A stretch of DNA of 64,000 nucleotides from Eledone cirrhosa (GCA_964016885.1 OZ024746.1:31000001-31064000), one strand, 5' to 3'; counted from the stretch's first letter, positions 14,045 to 27,040 are shown. The notes: generated from the letters alone by a model not told the origin. A program made the numbers and translations.

Positions 14045-17000
14045 CTATAGTCTGATGTAGAGTGAAGGCCCATTCACACGGGCCATTCTCGCCACTTTCA
14101 CCCATCTTTCATAGAAACGGCTGGGGTGCAGCACCTCTCTCTCCATCCTGATCCTTCTTCCGAAATGATATCGGAAGAAACGGACCAGTTGTTGGCCAGA
14201 GAGAAAGGTGCCCGACCTCAGTCCTTTCAGACGCGTCCACCATACAACCTCTTTCGCCATGGCTATTACGCACAGAAACACCGCCTCTGCTTCATCTTTG
14301 AAGGGGGGAGGCGGCTTGATCATTACAATAGACTCGGTGGTCAACCGGATCGGTCCCACCCTTGACAGCAGTTGTTCGACATAGCCCCACAGATCGGCTA
14401 CGCCCGAGCAGTGTACTAATGCGTGTGCAACGGTTTCCTCGTCGCACACGCATCTGGGACAGATCTTTTTGGCGGGGTCCCTACCCGGGCGCCCGTGTCT
14501 GTAGAGCCTTTCTCGAACGGGTAAAGCCCCTCGGTAGCACTGCCAGGCCAGGGACTTCTGGAAGTTGTCCATAGGTCCCGGGCTGAATGTCCTACCGAAA
14601 AGGCTGGCCAGTTCGTCCTCCTCCATGTCTAGGGCTTCTCCGAGGGCGTCGTCGCACCTGCTGCGTACCAGCCCTCTATAGAATGTTGCGGTGGAGTCTC
14701 CACTGATAACCGGATCCGCCTGCCAGAGGGCGGTGAGCGCCTGGGCACACTCAGTGTGCCAGGCGCCCAGTTTTCTCGGTCTTTGCTTGACCCAGGATTG
14801 CAGCTCGGTGAGTGAGACGAGTCTGGGAAAGGTTCGTCTCACAAACGAGGCCCACACCGGTTGTCCGGTGAGGAATACGTAGAGGTGCCGTAGCCTTAAT
14901 GCGTGTTTACGCATCATTAGCCACGGCATCCCCAGCCCTCCTTTCGAAGGGTGTTGACAGCAGATGGATCTCCTCACCATAGGAGCCCGCCTCTTCCAAA
15001 GGAATTGGAAGAGCGCGCGCTCCATCTTGGTGAGGGTTTCCCTTGGGCAGGGCACTACGGTCAGGCGGTAGTAGATGACGGACGCTATGTAGGTGTTCGC
15101 CACCTCCGCCCGACCTTTCAGGGATAGTTTGCAACTGGCCCACTTCTGGGTCAGTGCAAACACTCTGTTCGTAACCTCCGCCCAGTTTTTCTCCACCTGG
15201 AGGTCCGGTCCGAACCAGACCCCGAGCAACTTCACCGGGCCCTCCGTCCAGCGTCCGACGACGCTATCGGAGGGCATCGGTCTGCCCCTCCACGTGCCGA
15301 GTTGCAAACCGATCGACTTGTCCCGGTTCAGCTTAGCCCCTGTGAACTTTTCGTACTCCTCCAGTAAGGTGCCGACCGCCTCGATTTCGGAGGCCGTCGA
15401 CACCATTACTGTCACGTCATCGGCGTAGGCCGACACCGCTTTCCGCAATCCCGGTTCCAAAGGGATGCCCTGCAACAACTCCAACTTCCGCAGTAGTGGC
15501 TCGAGAGTCAATACATACAGAAGGGAGGAGAGAGGGCACCCTTGTCGGATGGACCGCGCGATTTTGAACGGCTCCGAGAGGTAGCCGTTCACCTTGACCC
15601 TAGAGCAGATGCGGCTGCTGTGCATAGCAGTGATCCAGCCCCTGAAAACGGCTCCGAAGCCTGCCGCCGCTAGCACCGCATCCAGGTAACCATGGTCGAC
15701 CCTATCGAACGCCTTAGATTGATCCAAGTTGATCAGAGCCCCACCAAAGCCGGGTTCGTTCCCAACCCTCTCTATGATGTATCGCATGAGGTGGAGGTTG
15801 TCATGGATGGACCTGGACGGGATAGCGCATGTCTGCGCATCTCCCACCAGGTTGCCCACGACAAGCGCCAACCTCTTTGCTAGCACCTTGGCCAAAATCT
15901 GTAACTCTGTATTTAGCAGTGTTATGGGCCTGAAGTTACTTATTTCGTCCCCCTTGTTCTCGTCCTTCCTCACTAGCGTGACTACGCCCTTGGTCACAGT
16001 ACAGGGAATTCTCCCGTTCTGTTGCCAGTTGCAGTAGACCGCCTCGAGGAGATCGGGGAACAAGTCCGGCATAGCTAGATATAATTCGTAAGGAAGACCA
16101 TCGAGACCCGGGGATTTGCGTTTGCCGCATTGGCTCAGCACGTCCTCTATCTCAGCGGCCGAAATCGGCTCCTCGCAGGACTTCGCCTCCCTGTCCGAGA
16201 GGCGCGGCAGGCCGTCGAGGTATGGACCGAAGTCCACGTTCCCAACCGGCTCCCCGCCCCTCCCGAACAGTCGGGCAAAGTGCCTTTGAAAGGCCTCACA
16301 CATCTGCTTAGGCTCAAGAATCGCCCGTCCATCCAGGTCTCGCAAAGACCGGATGGTGGATTTAGTTCCACTGTTGGCCTCTGTCACGCGGGCCCAGCTA
16401 ACAGCTTTGGTCCCCTCGTTCCCTAGAGCACGTATTTTACTTCGGACAACGCAGCCTTCGTGCTTCGCGTCGAAAAACTGGCTCAAAGCCGTTCTCGACG
16501 CTAGCACTCTGGCCACGTCGCCGCTTCTAATTGCCTCTTCTACTCTATCTATTAGCTCCCTTTCCTTCCTATTCCTATCCGCAGCTAGAACCTTACTAAA
16601 TTCTATCGAGACTACTCTAATCTCTCTCTTTAGAGATACCCACCACCTGCTGTTGACGATCGCTCCAGTCAACCGTTCCTTAACTAACGTACTAATCCGA
16701 TTCCTGTAGGCTCTACTTGCCGGCAAGGACAAGTTGAGCTTCCAGTAACCGGGGCCCTGTCTATGAGTTCTGTCAAGGTTGACCATGCAGGTCACTAATT
16801 TGTGGTCTGAATAGCCAACAATGCGCATTTTTGGACAACTTAAAAAGTCCTTATCCTTAATTCTAACTAAGAACCTATCTAGGTACGACCTAGATGATCC
16901 GCTACGATTTGCCCAAGTCCAGGTTGGCGCAGTCGGAAAATCTAGTCGATATCTATCGGCCAGGTCAAATCGACCGATTAACCCTTTGAGGCTATTACAC

Positions 17001-17482
17001 CCCTCTCTATCGGGGCAGGCCCCTACGTAGTCCCAGCGTGCATCTAGGATACCATTCCAGTCCCCCACTAATAGCAAGGAGCGGGACGTCCCTAGAAAAG
17101 TTTCCAGACGATGGAAGAAGTCCGGCCGCATTGACCCGAAAGGGCCGTAGGCGGCTACCAACCTAAACGCTCCGCCTTTACCACTGCCAAGGTCCAGAAC
17201 CACTAGTCGACCCTCCGGGTCCAAATGTACCATCTGTGTTGCGAGACCCAGATGTTTTTGCAGCAGAACGACAACTCCACCCCCACCTCCAGGCTGACAG
17301 AGAGATGCGTGCATCTCAAAGTCATCAAAGGTGGGGGCCAGCTGTCGCACGCTGCTGATCCGGGCCTCGCAAATAACCATCACATCTATACGTTGTGACC
17401 TGAGGTCATTTAGAAGCATTGCTTGCTTCCAAGTTGAGCCCAGGCCACGCGCATTTAAACAGCCTACTCTTAGCATAGCCAT
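14045..17482 (-). CDS. ORF2 polyprotein: APE endonuclease, reverse transcriptase, C-terminal CCHC zinc finger
   Basis: EN motifs LNARGL, GDWN, YLDRFLV, YSDHKLV. RT motifs KSPGLDG, NFRPITLLN, LDQSKAFDRV, RQGCPLS, YADD. Finger CPRC..ETVAHALVHC. Uninterrupted frame; first ATG at 17482 (frame open from 17506). Confidence 0.95.
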   Translation of the reverse strand: MAMLRVGCLNARGLGSTWKQAMLLNDLRSQRIDVMVICEARISSVRQLAPTFDDFEMHASLCQPGGGGGVVVLLQKHLGLATQMVHLDPEGRLVVLDLGSGKGGAFRLVAAYGPFGSMRPDFFHRLETFLGTSRSLLLVGDWNGILDARWDYVGACPDREGCNSLKGLIGRFDLADRYRLDFPTAPTWTWANRSGSSRSYLDRFLVRIKDKDFLSCPKMRIVGYSDHKLVTCMVNLDRTHRQGPGYWKLNLSLPASRAYRNRISTLVKERLTGAIVNSRWWVSLKREIRVVSIEFSKVLAADRNRKERELIDRVEEAIRSGDVARVLASRTALSQFFDAKHEGCVVRSKIRALGNEGTKAVSWARVTEANSGTKSTIRSLRDLDGRAILEPKQMCEAFQRHFARLFGRGGEPVGNVDFGPYLDGLPRLSDREAKSCEEPISAAEIEDVLSQCGKRKSPGLDGLPYELYLAMPDLFPDLLEAVYCNWQQNGRIPCTVTKGVVTLVRKDENKGDEISNFRPITLLNTELQILAKVLAKRLALVVGNLVGDAQTCAIPSRSIHDNLHLMRYIIERVGNEPGFGGALINLDQSKAFDRVDHGYLDAVLAAAGFGAVFRGWITAMHSSRICSRVKVNGYLSEPFKIARSIRQGCPLSSLLYVLTLEPLLRKLELLQGIPLEPGLRKAVSAYADDVTVMVSTASEIEAVGTLLEEYEKFTGAKLNRDKSIGLQLGTWRGRPMPSDSVVGRWTEGPVKLLGVWFGPDLQVEKNWAEVTNRVFALTQKWASCKLSLKGRAEVANTYIASVIYYRLTVVPCPRETLTKMERALFQFLWKRRAPMVRRSICCQHPSKGGLGMPWLMMRKHALRLRHLYVFLTGQPVWASFVRRTFPRLVSLTELQSWVKQRPRKLGAWHTECAQALTALWQADPVISGDSTATFYRGLVRSRCDDALGEALDMEEDELASLFGRTFSPGPMDNFQKSLAWQCYRGALPVRERLYRHGRPGRDPAKKICPRCVCDEETVAHALVHCSGVADLWGYVEQLLSRVGPIRLTTESIVMIKPPPPFKDEAEAVFLCVIAMAKEVVWWTRLKGLRSGTFLSGQQLVRFFRYHFGRRIRMEREVLHPSRFYERWVKVARMARVNGPSLYIRL

Positions 17483-17506
17483 GTTGGTGGTGAAGAGAAA
17501 AGGCAC

Positions 17507-19288
17507 TTACCTCTCTGCGTCCCGGGTATCGGGCTGCACAATTTCCATTAGGGTGGGGGATGGGTTGTTGGGTGGGGTGGTGGTTTGTGGAAGTGTGGGG
17601 GCATCAGTGTGTTGTGTGGTTGGGGAGCTTGGAGTTGTGAGGGTGTTTGGGGAGGGGGTGGGATAGTTTTTTAGGAGGACTCGGTTAATGGGCCCGACGC
17701 AGGGGGGACCCACGTCCTCTTTAAAATTGTTTTTTAAAGTTTTATAGGTGTCCTGTGGGGCCTTAATCATTTTGAGGTGGGGGAAATCCCCTGCCTGGGT
17801 GAAGTTAGGCCCTTGTGTTTTTATTAGATTGTTGTTGTACACAATGTTTAACAGTTTTTTGTTTCTTGTATTTATGTATGTGTATGCATGTTTTTGTTTT
17901 TGTGTGGTGTTTTTTGTTTGCTGTTGTGAGCTCTTTTGTGTTGGTGTCAGTGTTATGTTTTGGGGAGGGGTTTTTTTCATTTGTGTGTCTGAGGTGTGTT
18001 TTCTTTTTTTTCTTTTGATTGTGTGGAAGTGCTCCTCCTCGTCTGACGACGAACTAGGGTCATCTTCCGCGTTGGAGGGGAGGGGTATATTTTCGGGTTG
18101 TGTTTGCGGTACGGGTGTTTTGGAAATTGTTTTTGTTTTTTGAGTGGAGGGGATGGGTTGGACATTGTTTTGTTTTGGTTTGAGCTGTGGTGGTTGTTTT
18201 TGTAGTGGTTGTTGTGGTGATTGTGTTGGTTGTGCAGTTGTTGGTGGTGTAGGCAGGATTGGGGTTTTCTTATTAAGTTGGGGACAGACAGCCCTCAGGT
18301 GACCTCTGGTTCCGCAGAGGTAACACGAGGGCCGTCTACCCTCAACGGTAATGTTGATGAAGGTTAGATCATCCAGTATGACGCGTTCAGGGATCTGGGC
18401 GATCCTTTCGGGCCTCATTTGAACTACAAGTTCGAGGCTCGTTCCACTGAACGCGTCACCCGATGCCTTTCCCATGGACACCAGCATGTCATCCTCCAGG
18501 TCCAGAAAACCTGTCAAAACCCACCATATGTCCATAATCGGCAGGATGGTGTGGATTTTTATTTTTTGTGTTCTTCTACCCATGTACGTAGGGTAGAAGG
18601 TGTATGCGGTGGATGTGATTGGTTTGATGGACAGTTTCACTGCTGTGTCCCTGTCCTTCATGAGAATGGATAGACTCCCGTAGAGTCTATCCTTCTGAAT
18701 GAAGGTGATGTCCTTCATGACGTCTTTTAAAACCAGCTCTATCTCGCTCTGTGATGGTTGAGCTGGTTTTTTACTTTTGTTCGAGATTGTCCTAAACATG
18801 ACCGTGTTTAGGAGTCTCTGGCTTTTTAGTTCCGGGGGGGAATGGATTGTGAATGAACCATTTTCCCCGTACACTATATATTTTTTCGCATCCGCCAGTA
18901 GCTCCTTCGCTTTTGTTATATCTACTGGCAGATAGTCGAGGGTTTTCCTTGTCGTCTCGGCGAAGGAGAAATTTTGTTTGTTTGTGTTGTTGTTGTCGTT
19001 GGTGGTGTTGTTGTTATCATTGTTGTTGTTGTCACCGTTATTGGTCTTGTTGTTGTTATTGTTATTGTTATTGGTGTTGTTTTCTACCGTCGCATTGTTG
19101 TTGTTGTTGCTGTTGGTTCTTTGGGTTGTTGCCATGGTAACGTCAAGTTGTCGGTTAACAGGTGGAAAGAATTCTTCCTCTGGCTGACCTATCTTCTTGA
19201 CCTCTGCTACTGTGACAGTGGCAGGGGGAAGCTGTAAGTTCATCTTCCCCTTTCCTCCTTCGAATTTTGGTGAAGAAGCTTCGGCCAT
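17507..19288 (-). CDS. ORF1 gag-like nucleic acid-binding protein (593 aa)
   Basis: CX2CX4HX4C knuckle CYLCGTRGHLRAVC, poly-Asn tract, basic KRKKRK stretch; lies directly upstream of ORF2. Confidence 0.9.
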   Translation of the reverse strand: MAEASSPKFEGGKGKMNLQLPPATVTVAEVKKIGQPEEEFFPPVNRQLDVTMATTQRTNSNNNNNATVENNTNNNNNNNNKTNNGDNNNNDNNNTTNDNNNTNKQNFSFAETTRKTLDYLPVDITKAKELLADAKKYIVYGENGSFTIHSPPELKSQRLLNTVMFRTISNKSKKPAQPSQSEIELVLKDVMKDITFIQKDRLYGSLSILMKDRDTAVKLSIKPITSTAYTFYPTYMGRRTQKIKIHTILPIMDIWWVLTGFLDLEDDMLVSMGKASGDAFSGTSLELVVQMRPERIAQIPERVILDDLTFINITVEGRRPSCYLCGTRGHLRAVCPQLNKKTPILPTPPTTAQPTQSPQQPLQKQPPQLKPKQNNVQPIPSTQKTKTISKTPVPQTQPENIPLPSNAEDDPSSSSDEEEHFHTIKRKKRKHTSDTQMKKTPPQNITLTPTQKSSQQQTKNTTQKQKHAYTYINTRNKKLLNIVYNNNLIKTQGPNFTQAGDFPHLKMIKAPQDTYKTLKNNFKEDVGPPCVGPINRVLLKNYPTPSPNTLTTPSSPTTQHTDAPTLPQTTTPPNNPSPTLMEIVQPDTRDAER

Positions 19289-19501
19289 TTAAAAAAATAT
19301 TGACTTTTCAACAAGAAAAAACTTTTTTTTTAACTATTTCGCCTAAAGGCGTAGAATATTTTGAGAGACTGACCAGATCAAAGTTTGACCTGGCAGTCCC
19401 TCTACAAAATGGTACAAAATTTAAAGTTATCAGACAAGAATTTCTATAGAAATTTAAACAGAACTTACTCAGCAAGTTATACGCGTGTGTCCATCCCAGA
19501 T

Positions 19502-19537
<36 letters not shown>

Positions 19538-19920
19538 TATTTCTTTTATTTGCCACTAGGGCATCAAAAGTGGGACAAGTACAAAGGGGGGAGTTTACAC
19601 AAAAAGGCGTCCTCAATAAGGAGGAGGCAATAACAAAATATAAAAATAAAATAAGATATAACAAAAAATAAAATTTTTAACAAAATCCTCAATAGAGAGG
19701 AGGCGCCTTGGGGGGTCGCACACACCCCCGAAAAAAGTGTGCAACCCTTCTCCTCAGGAGCACAGAGAAGGGGTGCTCCCTTGGTCTTTCATCTTCCTCA
19801 CCTATAGTCTGATGTAGAGTGAAGGCCCATTCACACGGGCCATTCTCGCCACTTTCACCCATCTTTCATAGAAACGGCTGGGGTGCAGCACCTCTCTCTC
19901 CATCCTGATCCTTCTTCCGA
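19538..19920 (-). mobile_element. 5'-truncated second copy (3' 383 bp) of the same retrotransposon
   Basis: Matches 13781-14163 with one substitution that I could see. Same 3' end into (TATC)n; GATA repeats again at 19921-19944. Confidence 0.95.
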
Positions 19921-20383
19921 GATAGATAGATAGATAGATAGATATATTGTAGGTGTGGAAAAGGAAAAAGGAGAACAGTGCTCAATCGGGAAGAGAGCAG
20001 AAATATTATATTATTTATTTATGTTCATACACAGAACAAAAGAGTTAGTCAAGGTATTTACCATACCTCCAGAATACAAGAGGCGTCAAATGTGTAGCCT
20101 AGGTGCTTATACACTGGTTTAAGCGCCTGAAGAAAGACCATAAATTTGATGCCTCTTGTACTCTGGAGGTATGGTAAATATTGGGCCTTGAAAGTTTGGG
20201 TAGCACTTTTGTTCTGCGTATAATATAATATAATATCGAGCTGATGATCCGTTACGGTGAAACAAATTTTCCTGGGAAATAGTTAACTAACTGATGTAGG
20301 ACTACTTATCTATCTATCTATATATATTAAAATAACAGATTAAAGTTTAAGCAAAGAATCGCTGCTTTCAAATTTATTATTAT

Positions 20384-20428
<45 letters not shown>

Positions 20429-20556
20429 AGTTATTCCGAGTTGAATCGGAGGTAACCACAGTAGGTAAGGTACTCAATACATTGCAGAGCATAAAAGTTT
20501 TAATATAGATGAGATTCTACAGGACTAGAATTGTTTCATTCTTTAGAAATCATCAG

Positions 20557-20605
20557 GATTCCTGATGATTTCTAAAGAATGAAACAGTTCTAGTCCTGTA
20601 GAATC
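20557..20605 (+). ncRNA. Type I hammerhead ribozyme, family A (inverted partner upstream)
   Basis: Same core and stems as the 5595-5645 copy. Confidence 0.78.
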
Positions 20606-20619
20606 TCATCTATATTAAA

Positions 20620-20738
<119 letters not shown>

Positions 20739-20753
20739 GGGTTCACTATATAT

Positions 20754-20835
<82 letters not shown>

Positions 20836-21161
20836 GCGTGTGTGTGTGTGTGTATATATGTGTGTGTGTGTATGTATATATGTCAAGATTTGTCACTGAG
20901 AGATAGTATCTGTAATGGAATGACCAATGGAAACATTGTTTCTTGATCCGATCTGTTGATCAACCCTTTCCTTCTGCTTGAAGTTGTCACTGACAGATAA
21001 TATTACCAATAGAAAGACTAATGGAAACATTGTTTACTCGGTCCGATCTGAGGATCAGTTATTTTCTTCTACCAAGAGTTGCAACCAACAGATAATATCA
21101 ATAATAATAAGTCAAATGGAAACATTGTTTCCTCAGTTCGATCTTAACTAATGTATATTAT

Positions 21162-21349
21162 CGGTGGATTGGCAGTATCGGTAGAGAGTCGGACGCCATG
21201 CTTTCCAGCATAGTTACGTCCCTTTACGATCTGAGTTCAAATCCCGCCGAGGTTGACTTTGCCTTTCATCCTTACGGGGTCGATAAAATAAAGTACCAGT
21301 AATGCACTGGGTAATTGCTGGCCTTGTGCCTAAAGTAGAAACAATTATT
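21162..21349 (+). mobile_element. Same SINE family
   Basis: Near-identical, + strand. Confidence 0.9.
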
Positions 21350-21677
21350 GATCCGTGAATAGATGACAGCTAAATCTGACCTAGATGTGATTTTATTCAG
21401 GGTATAACAGGTAAGGTAGAAACAAAATACTACACAGCATTCTCTCCCTACCTCACTGCCCCCGGCTCTGTCAAGCCACAGGAGCCCTCTCCATCCCTTC
21501 GCCACAGAAGCTCACCACCAAGCCCACCCCAAGCTCCGTACATTAAATAACGTGTTCACTGATTGAGTTACATCCAGATGGTAATCATGAGATCGTGATT
21601 TCAATCCTGTATAAAGACACGATGTATTAATAATTTATTTTGTATAATAATACGCCTTTTTCCAAACTGAAATGACT

Positions 21678-21736
<59 letters not shown>

Positions 21737-22360
21737 ATACACACACGCACACTCATATATATATATACGCATAGACACATATACATAAACATACACACAC
21801 ATACATATACATACACACATATACACACACATACACACACACACACACATACATACACATATACATATACATACACATATATACACACATATATACATAC
21901 ACACATACATACACACATACATACACACACACATGCACATACATACATACACACAGACACACATATATATACACATACACGCATGTATGTATATATATAA
22001 ATATGCGTTTATATCTTTGTATGTATCTATGTATACATGCATATATGAGTGTCTATGTGTGTGGGGGGAGGGGGGTGTATACATGCATATATGAGTGTGT
22101 ATGCGTGTGTGTGTATATGTATGTATTTATATTTTGTTAAACGGGGCTAATTGTTCATGTCTCGTAACTTAGGAGTTTGACAAATAGAGATCGATAAAAT
22201 ATGTATCAGACTTCAAAATGAATACTGAGGTTGATATAATTGACTAAACACTCGTATGTGGAACCCCAGCATGGCCACAGTCTAATGTGAAACCAGGAAA
22301 ATTATACAAGAGAGAGAGAGTGTGTGTTTGCGCGTGTGTTTGAAAGATAGAGAGAGAAAA

Positions 22361-22408
<48 letters not shown>

Positions 22409-22432
22409 TGAGAGAGATACTAGATCAAATAT

Positions 22433-22621
22433 TTGTTTCTAATTTTGGCACAAGTCCAGCAATTATCCTGGTGTATTACTGGTACTTTATTTTATGGACC
22501 CCGTAAGGGTGAAAGGCAAAGTTAACCTCGGCGGGATTTGGACTCAGACCATAAAGGGCCGTAACTCTTTGCTGAAAAGCATGGCGTTCGACGCTCTACC
22601 GATACTGACAATCCACCGCCC
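22433..22621 (-). mobile_element. Same SINE family, diverged copy
   Basis: Alignable by eye. Confidence 0.85.
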
Positions 22622-22711
22622 TAGGTCTACACAGTATAGAATACTGCTGTGATTTCCATATTGACCAATGTCAGCGTCTAAATCAGAGGTGACATATATA
22701 TACATATATAC

Positions 22712-22768
<57 letters not shown>

Positions 22769-22930
22769 TACGTTATTCCGGGTTGAATCGGAGGTAACCA
22801 CAGTAAGTAAGGTACTCAATACATTGCAGAGTATAAAAGTTTTAATATAGATGAGATTCTACAGGACTAGAACTGTTTCATTCTTTAAGAATGAAACAGT
22901 TCTAGTCCTGTAGAATCTCATCTATATTAA

Positions 22931-22973
<43 letters not shown>

Positions 22974-23460
22974 CGTAGGTCCCGGGTTGAGTCGGGGATA
23001 ACCACAGTAAGTAAGGTACTCAATACATGGCAGAGTAAAATTTTTTTATTTTATAGAAGGAGCTTTTACAGGACTAGTACTATATATATATATATATATA
23101 TATATTATGTCATAGGTTCACGCCCCTTTATGATCTGAGTTCCAATCCTGCAGAGGTTAACTTTGCTTTCATCCTTACGGGGTCGATAGAATGAAGTACC
23201 AGTAATGCACTCGAATAGATTTAATCGACTTTCCCCTGTCCAAAAATTGTTGACCTTATACCTAAATCAAAAACCAAATATATATTGTGGTTTACAATAG
23301 TAAGGTACCAATATTAGCACTCTATGCTATAAAAGGGTCTATACATTAAGAAGAAGAAAACGAGATTTCTCATTGAGGTTTTTATTGCAATAAAATTAAT
23401 AAGTTGAGGAAATCACAATACCACGTGGTGCTAACATGAGTTATTTAATTACAGAATATA

Positions 23461-23638
23461 TTTGTTTCTACTTTAAGCACAAGGCCAGCAAATTATTCAG
23501 TTCATTACTGGTACTTTATTTTATCGACCCCGTAAGGATGAAAGGCAAAGTCAACCTCGGCGGGATTTGAACTCAGATCGTAAAGGGACGTAACTATGCT
23601 GGAAAGCATGGCGTCCGACCCTCTACCGATACTGCCAA
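23461..23638 (-). mobile_element. Same SINE family, TSD ACAGAATATATT
   Basis: TSD at 23451-23462 and 23638-23649. Confidence 0.9.
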
Positions 23639-23897
23639 CAGAATATATTACGAGAGAATTCAGTAATGGGATGGCAAAAATTGAACAAAATTATCAGGGC
23701 AATCAAAGATAGTTCAATATGATCAAAGACTTAACAATCATCAAATCATCCAATATCGACATCAAAGTTATTGGTATATCCCACAAATTAATCACGGTCA
23801 TCAATCAAAATTAATACAGCTAACATTAAAGAATTGATAATTCGATAGTTAGTAAAAAGACTAAAAAAAAAAGGCCATATATATATATATATATATA

Positions 23898-24062
23898 CAG
23901 GTAAAATTCGTTATAACGAATACCATTATAACGAATTTTTCAGTATAACGAAATTTCTTTTCAATCCCCGGCCACAGGCTCGATGTGTTAGGTCGATTTC
24001 GTTATAAAGAATTTTTCGTTACAACGAATTTTTTTATACCTCGTAAATTTCGTTATGACTGA

Positions 24063-24066
<4 letters not shown>
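23898..24066. mobile_element. MITE-like element in (TA)n with repeated TTCGTTATAACGAA motifs
   Basis: Imperfect terminal inverted repeats CAGGTAAAATTCGTTATAACGAA / TTCGTTATGACTGAATTTA and internal subrepeats. Confidence 0.55.
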
Positions 24067-24149
<83 letters not shown>

Positions 24150-24311
24150 ATTAGAAAGTGAACAACAGAAAATATAATTACTCCATTACCAAAGGTTTCT
24201 GGAACCCAGACAATATTAATATACGTCTGGATCGGTCGTCAGCAGACAGAGATGTTATTATATATATTATAAACAGAAGATCCCGTTAAGGGTGAAAGCA
24301 GCGATTCTTTG

Positions 24312-24346
<35 letters not shown>

Positions 24347-24543
24347 ATACTTTGGGAGGGTCATGTTGTCAATAAGAAACACACGCACCAGTTGCTTTCA
24401 CTTCAATTTATTATAATAAATTTATAATAAATTTATAAATTCATAAATTTCTGGTTGGTTGGTTGGTATAACAAAGTATAACAATATCGGTTTCAACACA
24501 CGATTTCAGATAAAGAATCTTGCTAAACAAATTCAGAAACGAA

Positions 24544-24575
<32 letters not shown>

Positions 24576-24693
24576 TAAAATAACAGATTAAAGTTTAAGC
24601 AAAGAATTTAATAAATATTTGCTCTTCGGTCCTTATATATCTGATATATATTTTCCTTATCGAGCCCTCTTTGGATTTTAGTCTTCAATTTTA

Positions 24694-24772
<79 letters not shown>

Positions 24773-25042
24773 GAAAGTTTAATACAAATCAAAGGTTATA
24801 GAAAAAATGGAAGAATGGAAACAGCACAGTATATTTAAAGAATCTTTTTTCTTCTTTAAATCCAATAAAGTGTTATTTTTGAAAAAAGGAGAAAACATTT
24901 TTTTTTTTAAAGGGGTTTTATAAAATATATAAAATATTACCGGTTGCGATGTAATTCATCTTATCAAATATTACTATTGCTTTTTAAATTTAATTTTCAA
25001 TATTTAATATTTGTTAAGATGAATTGCATCGAAACCGGTAAT

Positions 25043-25376
<334 letters not shown>

Positions 25377-25381
25377 ATATA

Positions 25382-25492
<111 letters not shown>

Positions 25493-25860
25493 GTGTGTAG
25501 GTTTCCGATTGATATCGGGAGGTGACTACAGTTAAAAAAGGTATTCAATATATTACTAAAATAAAATATAGACATCTTTGTTTTATATAGAAATTACTTC
25601 TATTCTGATTCGTTCGTACGAAATAATCAGGAAAGTCCTGAAACGGTATATTGCAGGTGTGGGATCGCGTCCCAATGGCGGTGCTGTGCAAATGTGTACC
25701 ATCTGGGATTTATATGCCAAACTGAGACTATTTTTCATAGTCAAACAACGTTGATGCTTCTAACTTTCAAATTTTATATATGTGATAAGAAATTCTCAGG
25801 AGAGTTGGGACAGCAGAATTCTCCAGAGAAGAAACGCCCTACAAGTGAGTGTTTCGGCGA

Positions 25861-25947
<87 letters not shown>

Positions 25948-26093
25948 TTAGTCATGGGCCAATATCTATTGGCCGAAACCTATCAAAGTTATCAAACATA
26001 TCAAAGTTATATATATATATATATATATAAGTTTTAATATAGATAAGATTCTACAGGACTAGAACTGTTTCATTCTTTAGAAATCATCAGGAT

Positions 26094-26142
26094 GATTCCT
26101 GATGATTTCTAAAGAATGAAACAGTTCTAGTCCTGTAGAATC
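26094..26142 (+). ncRNA. Type I hammerhead ribozyme, family A (inverted partner upstream)
   Basis: Same core and stems as the 5595-5645 copy. Confidence 0.78.
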
Positions 26143-26225
26143 TCATCTATATTAAAACTTTTATACTCTGCAATGTATTGAGTACCTTACTTACTGTGGT
26201 TACCTCCGATTCAACCCGGAATAAC

Positions 26226-26278
<53 letters not shown>

Positions 26279-26585
26279 TATGCTTAGAAAGTCTTAGGAA
26301 AGTATCGCTGGACAGATTTTTCGGGCAAAACCAACCGACAAAAGACACGGTAGGTAGACCTCTAGCAAGATGGTTGGATAACATTCATAAATTTAATTTA
26401 TAATAAATTGAAGTGAAAGCAACTGGTACGTGTGTTTCTTATTGGCAACATGACCCTCCCAAAGTATAACAATATATATATATATATATATATATAATCA
26501 TATGCACACATACGTACACAGAGATGCATACATGCATACATACATTCATGCATAGATGGATACATACATAGATACACACACATAC

Positions 26586-26658
<73 letters not shown>

Positions 26659-27040
26659 CATTAATCCAGGCGTGCATACATAGATTCAAAGATACATATT
26701 ACACACACGTACACACATTCACACAGGTACGCATTCATACACCTCTTTGCCCAGCCCTAACACACACATACACACAGAATACTTTCTTGTGTGGTTAAGC
26801 GTCATATTTTAAGTGTGTTCGCCCTTTTTCAGAGGATACCGCTTAAAGTGAGAAACTGAAAGCCGCCGACCGCAAGAGTATACAAGAAGAAGAAGAAGAA
26901 GAAGAAGAAGAAGAAGAAGAAGAAGAAGAAGAAGAAGAATACGGGTGTATGAATTATTTATGATAGAAATAATCTCTAGAGGACGATGCGAACCTTTTCA
27001 TCTATGGGCTCTCTCTTTCCACTCTCATTGGGAAAACCAT

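Larger units (their letters stand above)
13781..19501 (-). mobile_element. Full-length Tx1/L1-type non-LTR retrotransposon inserted in (GATA)n
   Basis: About 210-bp 5' UTR, ORF1, ORF2 and about 260-bp 3' UTR ending AATAAAAGAAATA directly into (TATC)n. GATA tracts flank both ends (13629-13780, 19502-19537). ORF2 is GC-rich relative to the flanks. Confidence 0.93.

Noticed and set aside
14126-19237. Antisense ORFs within the retrotransposon
   Set aside because: Short shadow frames of GC-rich or (GTT)n sequence with no motifs.
13781-19920. 383-bp direct repeats as LTRs
   Set aside because: The repeat is the ORF2 end plus 3' UTR, separated from the element by (GATA)9. There are no TG..CA ends, PBS or integrase, so it is a truncated tandem LINE copy.
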